Shown: in pieces, positions 56,403-64,000 of the stretch
Numbering within the stretch: the stretch's first letter is position 1
Layout: the number at the start of each line of letters is the position of its first letter
IMG/VR virus record: IMGVR_UViG_3300020401_000014
Span: 1 to 64,000 of that record
Length of the DNA: 64,000 bases
Direction: 5' to 3' (one strand)
DNA from: a virus
Program-made: the position numbers and the translations under genes
The notes under the pieces: generated by a model
The model's input: the letters and a program-made list of their open reading frames with translations, nothing else
The model's database searches: none
Told to the model about the DNA's origin: nothing

Positions 56403-57227
56403 ATGGAGATACCAAAGATCATTCATCAAAGCCACAAAGGGCCAGAGTCTACAATACCTGAGCGAGAATTAAAAATCAGGTCTAAGCTTTTAATGAATCA
56501 TGCTGACTGGGAATATAAGTACTGGACAGACGAAGATAATAGAAAATTAATAACAGACCATTATCCTTGGTTTTTGAAAACATACGATCAATATGCTTAT
56601 CCAATACAAAGAGCAGATGTTGCCAGATATTTTTATATGCACAAATATGGCGGGGTATATTTAGATTTAGACATGTTTTCCTTGCAGCCAATGGACGAAT
56701 TATTTCAAAGAATTAACGATAATGAAGCTCAATTTCTTGTAAACGTCACAGGACATAAATCGGTTGTATTATTTGAAGAGTATCCAAACGCTTATGGAGC
56801 ACAGAAATCCATTTATAACGCCATACTTGCCTCCGAAAGAGGGGCGGATTTTTGGATGCTATGCTTTTATATGCTAGCCCAAGAGCAAAAATTACAAAAC
56901 TACGAAGACATTGGAATGGAAAATACAGTTTTCAGAACTACTGGCCCTAGGTTTCTCCATAGTGCCGCAAACGCACATATTAACATGTCTTATTTAAAAA
57001 ATTTATGTATACTGCCTTACTTTTATACAAACCCTGTTTGCCTAAGGGTAAAAGGTAGCGATAATCAACTAGTATTATTTAATAAGTATAACATCAAATC
57101 TTTATTTCAAAAAGCAAATCTTGATGGCGGTTGGTTGTTGGTGCCGAAAGATTATCAAACAAAAGAGCTGCTCGCTGATTCTTACTTTATGCACTTATCA
57201 GCTAGGACCTGGAGCCATGAAAGATAG
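56403..57227 (+). CDS. Glycosyltransferase, DxD sugar-binding (GT32/OCH1-like)
   Basis: IPKIIHQS, YKYWTDED, QRADVARYFYMHKYGGVYLDLD, TTGP. Confidence 0.85.
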   Translation: MEIPKIIHQSHKGPESTIPERELKIRSKLLMNHADWEYKYWTDEDNRKLITDHYPWFLKTYDQYAYPIQRADVARYFYMHKYGGVYLDLDMFSLQPMDELFQRINDNEAQFLVNVTGHKSVVLFEEYPNAYGAQKSIYNAILASERGADFWMLCFYMLAQEQKLQNYEDIGMENTVFRTTGPRFLHSAANAHINMSYLKNLCILPYFYTNPVCLRVKGSDNQLVLFNKYNIKSLFQKANLDGGWLLVPKDYQTKELLADSYFMHLSARTWSHER

Positions 57228-58455
57228 AATTATATTTGACAATAGGTTTCTATTTGATCATCAATTTGAATTTGAAGGTTTTTTTATGGATTGTGAAATT
57301 GGTAGTGAAGAATTTTTTAGCTACATTTGCAAAAAACTTATACCTCTAACAAATGATAAAAATGCAATGCAAAACTTGCTAGGAGACTTCAAATATTATC
57401 CTGAAGATTACAGAGGTGAATACGACCATGCCGTAGCAAACCACAACTACAATCAGTTTTTAAACCTCTATACCACACCCAATCCTAGGTGCTGGGTTGA
57501 CAAATTTAAAAATGTATTTAGCGATACAAGTGGATTTATTCACGAAGGTTGGGATTTAGCAATAAAAGAATTTAAGCCATTCTGGGGTTTGGGAGACGTT
57601 AATTTTATGACTTTTTTTGAGTCGCATTTTGGCTGGTTTTCTAATGAAGAAAGTATGATGGAGTTTTCTGGCATGAATATATCTATGCTTTGCGAGTTAT
57701 TTCCTAAGGAAAAATTTGTGGCAATAGTACACGACCCATTTGATACCAGTAAGTACATAAATAAAATTACTCCATATCCAGATGAAGTTCTAGATATTAT
57801 ATCCAAACAATGCTTGGGGATGTATTTTCTTAGCGATTGTGAGGTAGATAAATATAAATCTTTTTTTAGATCTAAAGGAATCAACATTCCTTGTGAAAAA
57901 ATTTTACATCCCATCAAAAAGATTGAGAAAATTTTCGACATAGAGGGCTTTTTATCTAGACCAAAAAGAAAACTAACCTCTTCAGGAATACATTTAAGAA
58001 ACCCTTTTGATTTTACCAAAATGATGGTTCCAGCAAATTACTCAAAAAGATTAATACCATGGGAGATAAGGCTGCAAAACGCATATTCAAACCCAGGAGC
58101 AAATGCAGACGACATTGAAAAAACACCACCAATCTCTATTAAAGAATACTACAAATTATACGAAACTGATATATTTTTCTTGAGCACTTTTGATTGTTCT
58201 GCAAATAATGTAGTATTAGATTGCATAGATTGTGCAACACCAATTTTAGTAAAAAGAAACCCTTCCATGGAAGAATATTTGGGACCTAAATACCCGTTGT
58301 TTTTTGATGACATAATTGATGCGCACGTTTTATTATCGTCTGATATTAATATAGTTAAAGCCCACGAATACCTAAAAAGCATTAGGCAGAAATTTTTAAA
58401 GATAGGCTCTATATACAATCAAATTAAAAATACAGATATATATAAGTCAATTTAA
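57217..58455 (+). CDS. Putative GT-B-like glycan biosynthesis protein
   Basis: GFIHEG and C-terminal DCSANNVVLDCIDCATPILVKRNPSMEEYLGPKYPLFF; context within the GT cluster; start MKDRII. Confidence 0.45.
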   Translation: MKDRIIFDNRFLFDHQFEFEGFFMDCEIGSEEFFSYICKKLIPLTNDKNAMQNLLGDFKYYPEDYRGEYDHAVANHNYNQFLNLYTTPNPRCWVDKFKNVFSDTSGFIHEGWDLAIKEFKPFWGLGDVNFMTFFESHFGWFSNEESMMEFSGMNISMLCELFPKEKFVAIVHDPFDTSKYINKITPYPDEVLDIISKQCLGMYFLSDCEVDKYKSFFRSKGINIPCEKILHPIKKIEKIFDIEGFLSRPKRKLTSSGIHLRNPFDFTKMMVPANYSKRLIPWEIRLQNAYSNPGANADDIEKTPPISIKEYYKLYETDIFFLSTFDCSANNVVLDCIDCATPILVKRNPSMEEYLGPKYPLFFDDIIDAHVLLSSDINIVKAHEYLKSIRQKFLKIGSIYNQIKNTDIYKSI

Positions 58456-59262
58456 ATCGTCTGCCCACTCCTTTACGACTGAACCGTAAATTTTAAAAAA
58501 TTCATCAAAATGATCCTGCAGAACATCAAAAGCCGCTTTCCGTTCGTCTTCAGACAGAGGTTTTTTACTTCTAGCATGCCCTACCTTGTTTTTCATTTCT
58601 AAATCGGTTACGCCTAAAAATTTAAATATTTCACTATATTGATCTTGCCCTGCGGGTATTGTTTGTCCATTTTGGTATTCTACATTTTCTTTATAGCATG
58701 GGGGCATTAAGCGTTCCTGTATGACAAATAACATTTTATCTCTTTTAAAATATTTTAAGTATGACTCTAGTGTTGACGCATAATTATACTTTGTAAACGC
58801 TTGATGGTTTTTTAAATTATAAATAAAATCTTCACTAGGGTCCCATTGTTGATTATTTGGCTTGCACCACTGCTCGCCTCTAGCCAAGCACTGCTGATAG
58901 TGATTATAAGCAGAGTATGCTCGGTCTATTGGGTTTCTGAATGTAAAAATTAATTTTACGTTAGGCACAATCTGACTCATCCTTTTTGCTGAAAATTCTG
59001 GCCTAAGAGAATAGCTGGGAGATTTTTCTCCGCACACTTTTAAGTCTGTGTTAAATTTAGATTTATACCAATTTAAAGCTTCTTCATGAGGCATTTCATG
59101 AAAACCTTTAGACTTGCAAAAAAAATTTATTTCGGGTCTTGCGGCGCAATATTGACCCTCGCAATAAGCCATGTAAATATCTGGATGATTATCCAGATTT
59201 TTTCTGAGAGCTGTGGTGCCTGATTTTTGAAAACCAGGAATTATAAAGTCAGGAAGCCTCAT
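58447..59262 (-). CDS. PAPS-dependent sulfotransferase (heparan-sulfate-ST-like)
   Basis: 5'-PSB LPDFIIPGFQKSGTTAL; GEKSPSY; 3'-PB KLIFTFRNPIDRAYSAYNH. Confidence 0.88.
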   Translation of the reverse strand: MRLPDFIIPGFQKSGTTALRKNLDNHPDIYMAYCEGQYCAARPEINFFCKSKGFHEMPHEEALNWYKSKFNTDLKVCGEKSPSYSLRPEFSAKRMSQIVPNVKLIFTFRNPIDRAYSAYNHYQQCLARGEQWCKPNNQQWDPSEDFIYNLKNHQAFTKYNYASTLESYLKYFKRDKMLFVIQERLMPPCYKENVEYQNGQTIPAGQDQYSEIFKFLGVTDLEMKNKVGHARSKKPLSEDERKAAFDVLQDHFDEFFKIYGSVVKEWADDLN

Positions 59263-59264
59263 GA

Positions 59265-60341
59265 TTATTTTTCAGTTATAAGGATATATTTCAAAAAGTC
59301 TTTTATGGTTTTTTCTCGCTCTTCGGATGTTTTTTTACCACAGAAATATTCCTCTTCGTGAAACATTGACCAGAACGACCCTTCTATATCGCATTTTAAC
59401 TCTTCTGCAGAAGGTCTAGTAGACATGACTTCTGCAAGAGCTTTCAGGCTAAGAGCGTTCAGTTTGGCAAGACTGTTTTGAATATATTCGTTAACTTCTT
59501 CTAGCGTAATTTCTTTGAAGCATTTTTCTGCATGTCGCTTTTGTTCTAAAAACTTTTTGACACCTAATCCAACTTCTTCTCCATTATGATCAAAATGCGT
59601 GCAAACCATTTGTGAATCTAAAACAATATCATAACCTCTAAGTTTTATATCATTGCATAAACAAATATCTGGACCCCAAAAGTAAGATTTTGTTCCTTCT
59701 GGAATTTCTACTCTAAGAGGCAAGCAGTCCTTGACAACACTACTCCTCCATAATGCACACCCTGTGCCGCAGTGAGTGATATCTAGCTCTCCCATCCCCC
59801 AAACATCGTCAATATCGCACATCCCATCTTTTTTTAGATTACGCGCAACGGAGACCATACGAGAGCTATCTTCCCTGCTCCAGTCTGGGTTAGTAAAGTA
59901 ATATCCAGTCATACATCCAATGCGATTATTCTTCATCATTGAAACTAAAAATGCCATTAATATATGAGAAGGACAAAGGACGTCGTCGTCTAAAGTAAAA
60001 ATATAGTCAGATTTACAATACTCAAAGCCAAAATTAAATGCGTCTGCTGTTGATTTATGCTTTTTGTATGCATTCTCTGAATCCCTTGCTTTTTCAATAA
60101 CATCAGGCAGCCCAGCGGTGCAATTAATGATGTTGATTTCTTTAAACGCTTCATTGGCATTATGTTCAGCAAGAGTATCTTGCATAATTTTAGAAAAGCT
60201 TGGGTCGCAAGCATTATCTACTACCGTTAAAGATACATTAGGCACGGAACTACCCATAGTAAACAAGGAGCTGGCCCATGACTCTAAAACCCCAACCTTG
60301 CCACATACAACAGTCAATATATCAACAGATGGAAATGCCAT
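59265..60341 (-). CDS. Glycosyltransferase family 2
   Basis: VVDNACD, AFNFGFEYCKSDYIFTLDDD, GTGCALW, WGPDICLC. Confidence 0.8.
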   Translation of the reverse strand: MAFPSVDILTVVCGKVGVLESWASSLFTMGSSVPNVSLTVVDNACDPSFSKIMQDTLAEHNANEAFKEINIINCTAGLPDVIEKARDSENAYKKHKSTADAFNFGFEYCKSDYIFTLDDDVLCPSHILMAFLVSMMKNNRIGCMTGYYFTNPDWSREDSSRMVSVARNLKKDGMCDIDDVWGMGELDITHCGTGCALWRSSVVKDCLPLRVEIPEGTKSYFWGPDICLCNDIKLRGYDIVLDSQMVCTHFDHNGEEVGLGVKKFLEQKRHAEKCFKEITLEEVNEYIQNSLAKLNALSLKALAEVMSTRPSAEELKCDIEGSFWSMFHEEEYFCGKKTSEEREKTIKDFLKYILITEK

Positions 60342-60350
60342 ATAATTATT

Positions 60351-60375
60351 TACACGGCTCGCACATCAAGGTGTA
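60351..60375. promoter_or_regulatory. Back-to-back GTGTA motifs between divergent GT genes
   Basis: TACAC 60351-60355 lies 9 nt from ATG 60341(-); GTGTA 60371-60375 lies 10 nt from ATG 60386(+). Confidence 0.6.
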
Positions 60376-60385
60376 CATTATTTTA

Positions 60386-61111
60386 ATGAAAATTGCATTA
60401 ATTCAGCTAGGAGACAAAGAGTACGCCGCAGAAAATATAGGCTGCCTTCATTTAAATAGTTTATACTGTGAAAAATATGGTTATTCGCATATAGTCGAGA
60501 GCTTAAATTTTCCAGACATAGAAGCCACTTATCAAAAGCCATATATATTACTAAAGTACATGCATGATTTTGATTATGTTATATGGGCAGATCTTGACTC
60601 TGCAATTATAAATCATGAGATTAAATTGGAAGATATAATTAATTCATACTCAGACAAAGATTATTTAATTTTTAAAGATCCTGGGAACTGGGATTTTAAT
60701 GCTGGAATTTTAGTTTTTAAAAATTGCTTAAGTAATACCAAGCTGCTTTGGCAATGGTGGAATATGTGCCCTAAAGTGCCTCACCCCGAATGGAGAAAAG
60801 TTGGAGGCGATCAAGAGCTACTACATCAATTGCTAGAGTCAAAAGGTCCGATAGATTCGCTCCCGGCAAAAATTATGAATCAACACCCTAAGAATTTTAT
60901 TGCTGGAGATTTTTTGATTCACTTTATGGGCTATTTCTCTGAAGACGTTAAAACTCATATGTGTTTTCTTGTTGGACAAAACAAAGATTCCGAATGGAAC
61001 GGTAGGTACTTAGAAGCTTTTGGAAAAATTCATCCAACCATAACTGATCGACTTGAGGGTAATCATCTTGATACTATAAAGCCAGAGGAAATTGTTAATT
61101 TGATGTTATAG
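60386..61111 (+). CDS. Glycosyltransferase, GT34 (GMA12/MNN10)-like
   Basis: TYQKPYILL...DYVIWADLDSAIIN...FNAGILVFKN...GDQE; start MKIALIQ. Confidence 0.75.
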   Translation: MKIALIQLGDKEYAAENIGCLHLNSLYCEKYGYSHIVESLNFPDIEATYQKPYILLKYMHDFDYVIWADLDSAIINHEIKLEDIINSYSDKDYLIFKDPGNWDFNAGILVFKNCLSNTKLLWQWWNMCPKVPHPEWRKVGGDQELLHQLLESKGPIDSLPAKIMNQHPKNFIAGDFLIHFMGYFSEDVKTHMCFLVGQNKDSEWNGRYLEAFGKIHPTITDRLEGNHLDTIKPEEIVNLML

Positions 61112-61419
61112 AGTTATATGCCTATCAGCTTGAGGCGATACCAATTCAATAAATAATATTTACTAATTTAAATTATAATTATTTCGGCTGACGCCGGAAT
61201 CGCCTGGGGGGCATATACAAAATCATTATTAAAACAAAATAATGATAGAAAAACTATATTAAAAACATAATATATTATATGCAAACAATCAATTTGTTAC
61301 GAAAAAAAATGAAAACAAAATTTAAACAGCGTGGTGAAAAAATAAGAAAAGAGGTTTACGTTTGATGGTATTCGTTTTTACAGTCTACGACAAAGCCCCG
61401 AAAGTTATAATACAAAACA

Positions 61420-61998
61420 ATGAATGATGATATATATAATTTAATTAAAGAGTATACTTGTCTTAATGTATATGAAATAAATTATCTTATTGATGTTGTA
61501 TATAATGCTCCTATTGGTAATATAGTTATTGCTGGTACTTATTTAGGAGGAGATGTAATGTCTATGATGTTAACTAGTCCAGATAGAGAATACCATGTAA
61601 TTGACTCCTTTCAGGGTTTAGCTCCTCCCGGACAAGAAGATATGTGTGATAACCCTTGTGTGGAAGGTGAGTTTAATGCAGGAGGGGTAGATAAGTGGCT
61701 AAGTAATTTTAAAAAGAAAAAAATCAGAGAGCCGCGAACATACCCCATGTTTATAGATGAAAATACAATACAATCAGTCGATGTTAGCAATATTGCCGTA
61801 TTATGGATGGATCTTGATCATTATGTTCCAACTAAAACTTGCTTAGATCATTTCTACGATAAAATAGTTGACGGAGGTAAAATACTAACTCATGATTACG
61901 GTTTTTATAAATGCCCTGGAATTAAAAAAGCCTGCGACCCGTATGCAAAAAACTGGCATAAACCAGCAAATACTGGCATAGGGACAATTAGCATATGA
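61420..61998 (+). CDS. TylF/MycF/NovP-family sugar O-methyltransferase
   Basis: AGTYLGG, IDSFQGL, LWMDLDHYVPTK, GGKILTHDY. Confidence 0.8.
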   Translation: MNDDIYNLIKEYTCLNVYEINYLIDVVYNAPIGNIVIAGTYLGGDVMSMMLTSPDREYHVIDSFQGLAPPGQEDMCDNPCVEGEFNAGGVDKWLSNFKKKKIREPRTYPMFIDENTIQSVDVSNIAVLWMDLDHYVPTKTCLDHFYDKIVDGGKILTHDYGFYKCPGIKKACDPYAKNWHKPANTGIGTISI

Positions 61999-62747
61999 GT
62001 TTTAAAATGATAAAAATTATTGGCGAGCGAAACTCGGGAACACATTGGCTGAAGCACTTAATCTCTACAAATAGTGATGCCGAGGTTTGCGATGAAGACA
62101 AACATTTATTTAAATTAAAAGCAAAAAACATAAAATCATTAAAAACAGTAGATCTTTTTTCAGAATCAGAATACATAAACTGCCTTAACCTAAATTCTCC
62201 TGATGTTCTAAGTATTTATATATACAAATCAACACTAAGCTGGATTGCCTCCATGCACAAAACTCCATACCACGCCTGGGAAATGGCGGACATAAACGAA
62301 GACGGGTTACTCTGCTCAAACAAAAAAATGTCTGAATTTATTAGATCAAAATGGACAGAAAGAGGTGGTTGGATCACAGACTATAAAAATAACCCTTCAG
62401 CATACGGTGTGCTTGCTGAATATGAAAACGTGATTGACTTAAGAAATAAAAAACACGAGTCGGTTTTTAGCCTCGCCTCTCAGTGTCCTAATTTTAAATT
62501 TGTTAAATATGAAAATCTTTTGTTTAACACAGAGACTGTGCTGTCAAATATATTATTAAAAGAAGATATTTTATTACCAAACAACCAAAGCAAAACTCAT
62601 AAAAACTCAAAATTGTGGTCTGAGCAAAGAAAGAATTATTACAAAAACCAAGAATACAAGCTTTTATTTAGTCAAGAAGACTGCGAGTTTATATCCTCCC
62701 AAATAAATCATGACTTTGAATTTAAGCTAGATTTTTTGTCTAATTAA
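61995..62747 (+). CDS. Second sulfotransferase-like protein
   Basis: IIGERNSGTHWL (5'-PSB-like), YKSTLSWIASM, FVKYENLL. Confidence 0.65.
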   Translation: MSFKMIKIIGERNSGTHWLKHLISTNSDAEVCDEDKHLFKLKAKNIKSLKTVDLFSESEYINCLNLNSPDVLSIYIYKSTLSWIASMHKTPYHAWEMADINEDGLLCSNKKMSEFIRSKWTERGGWITDYKNNPSAYGVLAEYENVIDLRNKKHESVFSLASQCPNFKFVKYENLLFNTETVLSNILLKEDILLPNNQSKTHKNSKLWSEQRKNYYKNQEYKLLFSQEDCEFISSQINHDFEFKLDFLSN

Positions 62748-63126
62748 TTTTAATTTGTTTTGGCTTACATTTTTCCGCTTTAGGAATTTTAATTTCTAGT
62801 ATTCCATTTTCTACTTTTGCTTCAATTTTGCTAGCGTCAACATCTGGTCCGAGCTTGAAAGTTCGGTCAATTGACGTATGCATATGCGAATTGATATCTT
62901 TCTCTCCTGTTACGCGTAATATAGCATTTTCAGCTGTAATAGTGACGTCTGATTTAGACATCCCTGGAATTTGCGCAGTGATAACATAATTATCCTCCTT
63001 TTGATCGATTGTTGTTCGGTATTTATAGGAATCTATACTTGAGTCGATCACATTGTTAATCGCTTCATCAAAAACGCCTAACAATTCAGTCTCCCCAAAG
63101 AAGTTAGTGAATAGTGAATTTTTCAT
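62740..63126 (-). CDS. Small heat-shock protein (Hsp20/alpha-crystallin)
   Basis: YVITAQIPGMSKSDVTI...LRVTGEK...RTFKLG...IEAKVENGILEIKIPK. Confidence 0.9.
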   Translation of the reverse strand: MKNSLFTNFFGETELLGVFDEAINNVIDSSIDSYKYRTTIDQKEDNYVITAQIPGMSKSDVTITAENAILRVTGEKDINSHMHTSIDRTFKLGPDVDASKIEAKVENGILEIKIPKAEKCKPKQIKIN

Positions 63127-63204
63127 ATGCAAGTATATTTGCATACTTCATGCCAATTTAAAAACCGCTATAATAAAGCCTGACAGGATAAAACTGAGAC
63201 AAAA

Positions 63205-64000
63205 TTACTCAGGGCGCTTTCCGAGGGGTTTGCCGTCCTGGCCAATTTGTCCCGATCTTATTTTTGTGGCGGAGACATCTTGCATTTCTTTGCTTAATTC
63301 TAGCTGCTCAATATTATAACCCACACCTCTGCCGTAAAAAACGTCTGTAATATTAGGGAGTTCAACAACCCGGATTTTATCTCCAAATTCAACGCAAGCT
63401 TTTTCTATTTCGTATTTTACCTTTTCAAAATCATACGGATTACTGTCATCAGTTCCAGCAACATCCCTTAATGCAATGCAACATTGACCAACCCGTTGAA
63501 TAGATTCTTGTACTAAAGTTTTGTGGCCTATATGAAATGGCTGATATCTGCCAATTAAAAGTGCTGTTGGGGCCTGGTTGTCCCATTTCTCTGTTTCATA
63601 TATTTTTCTAAGAACTTTTTCAACCCATTCTTCTGGCGAACCATCAGTTAATCTTACGTCGTAATTCATGGGTCTTTCGAATAGCTTATTAGTATCTTCA
63701 TATCTACCTTCAAGAATTCTATCTACCCATATTATTAAATCAGCATTAAATACATCCCTGGTTTCTTTAGTTGGGCAGCAAAAATCCGCTATAACAAAAT
63801 TTCCACCCATGGCAGCCCAATCACTTAGCTTGCCTAATCTTCTAGCATGCTCTATTCTATCTTCTTCAGAAAATCCCAAATCTTTGTGGATTTCTTGCCT
63901 TATAGCATCAGCATTAAACCATACCGCTCCAAGTGCAGGTACAAGAAGTTCTGCCAGGGTAGTTTTACCACTCCCAGGCAATCCCATTATTAATATTTTT
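63205..64000 (-). CDS. APS-kinase-like domain fused to a HIGH-motif nucleotidyltransferase; start at or just beyond the window end
   Basis: GLPGSGKTT, NADAIR...DLGFSEEDRIEHARR (CysC-like); GRYQPFHIGH and SATKIR. Confidence 0.75.
   Translation of the reverse strand, partial: KILIMGLPGSGKTTLAELLVPALGAVWFNADAIRQEIHKDLGFSEEDRIEHARRLGKLSDWAAMGGNFVIADFCCPTKETRDVFNADLIIWVDRILEGRYEDTNKLFERPMNYDVRLTDGSPEEWVEKVLRKIYETEKWDNQAPTALLIGRYQPFHIGHKTLVQESIQRVGQCCIALRDVAGTDDSNPYDFEKVKYEIEKACVEFGDKIRVVELPNITDVFYGRGVGYNIEQLELSKEMQDVSATKIRSGQIGQDGKPLGKRPE

Noticed and set aside
61112-61419. 308-bp AT-rich gap with a GC-rich patch (about 61185-61212) and very short ORFs
   Set aside because: No tRNA cloverleaf, convincing hairpin or coupled ORF could be supported by eye; an Infernal/Rfam scan would settle it
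1-64000. Eukaryotic giant virus origin, suggested by SET, RCC1-like, GT32/GT34, C2H2 and ERCC4 domains
   Set aside because: Terminase, prohead protease/scaffold, DnaE, DnaB, sigma factor, sigma70 promoters, Tat and lipoprotein signals and holin-like genes all indicate a bacterial tailed phage
1-64000. Stop-codon reassignment as in some jumbo phages
   Set aside because: Code 11 gives dense full-length ORFs including a 6050-aa one; TAA, TAG and TGA all end genes

Overview
This AT-rich window looks like part of a large lytic tailed dsDNA phage genome, read in standard genetic code. I found no rRNA, tRNA, CRISPR array or integrase. 1-21.6 kb (+) is a replication and accessory block: class Ic-type RNR beta, RecA, DnaB, primase, nucleases, a DnaE polymerase split into PHP/exonuclease/core with a SET-domain gene inserted, a J-domain protein, ClpC, and a Planctomycetes/Verrucomicrobia-type DUF1549/DUF1553 heme protein plus Tat-exported DUF1501 pair. 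21.6-35.6 kb (-) holds head, packaging, sigma-factor and lysis-like genes and PhoH. 36.6-54.7 kb (-) is one 6050-aa adhesin/fibre-like ORF. 55-64 kb is a glycosyltransferase/sulfotransferase/O-methyltransferase/APS-kinase cluster plus Hsp20. Two promoter classes are visible: five near-perfect sigma70 promoters and a GTGTA motif just upstream of 18 start codons, the candidate target of the phage sigma factor. A PVC-superphylum host is inferred, not shown. All family calls come from motif recognition by eye; no database searches were run.
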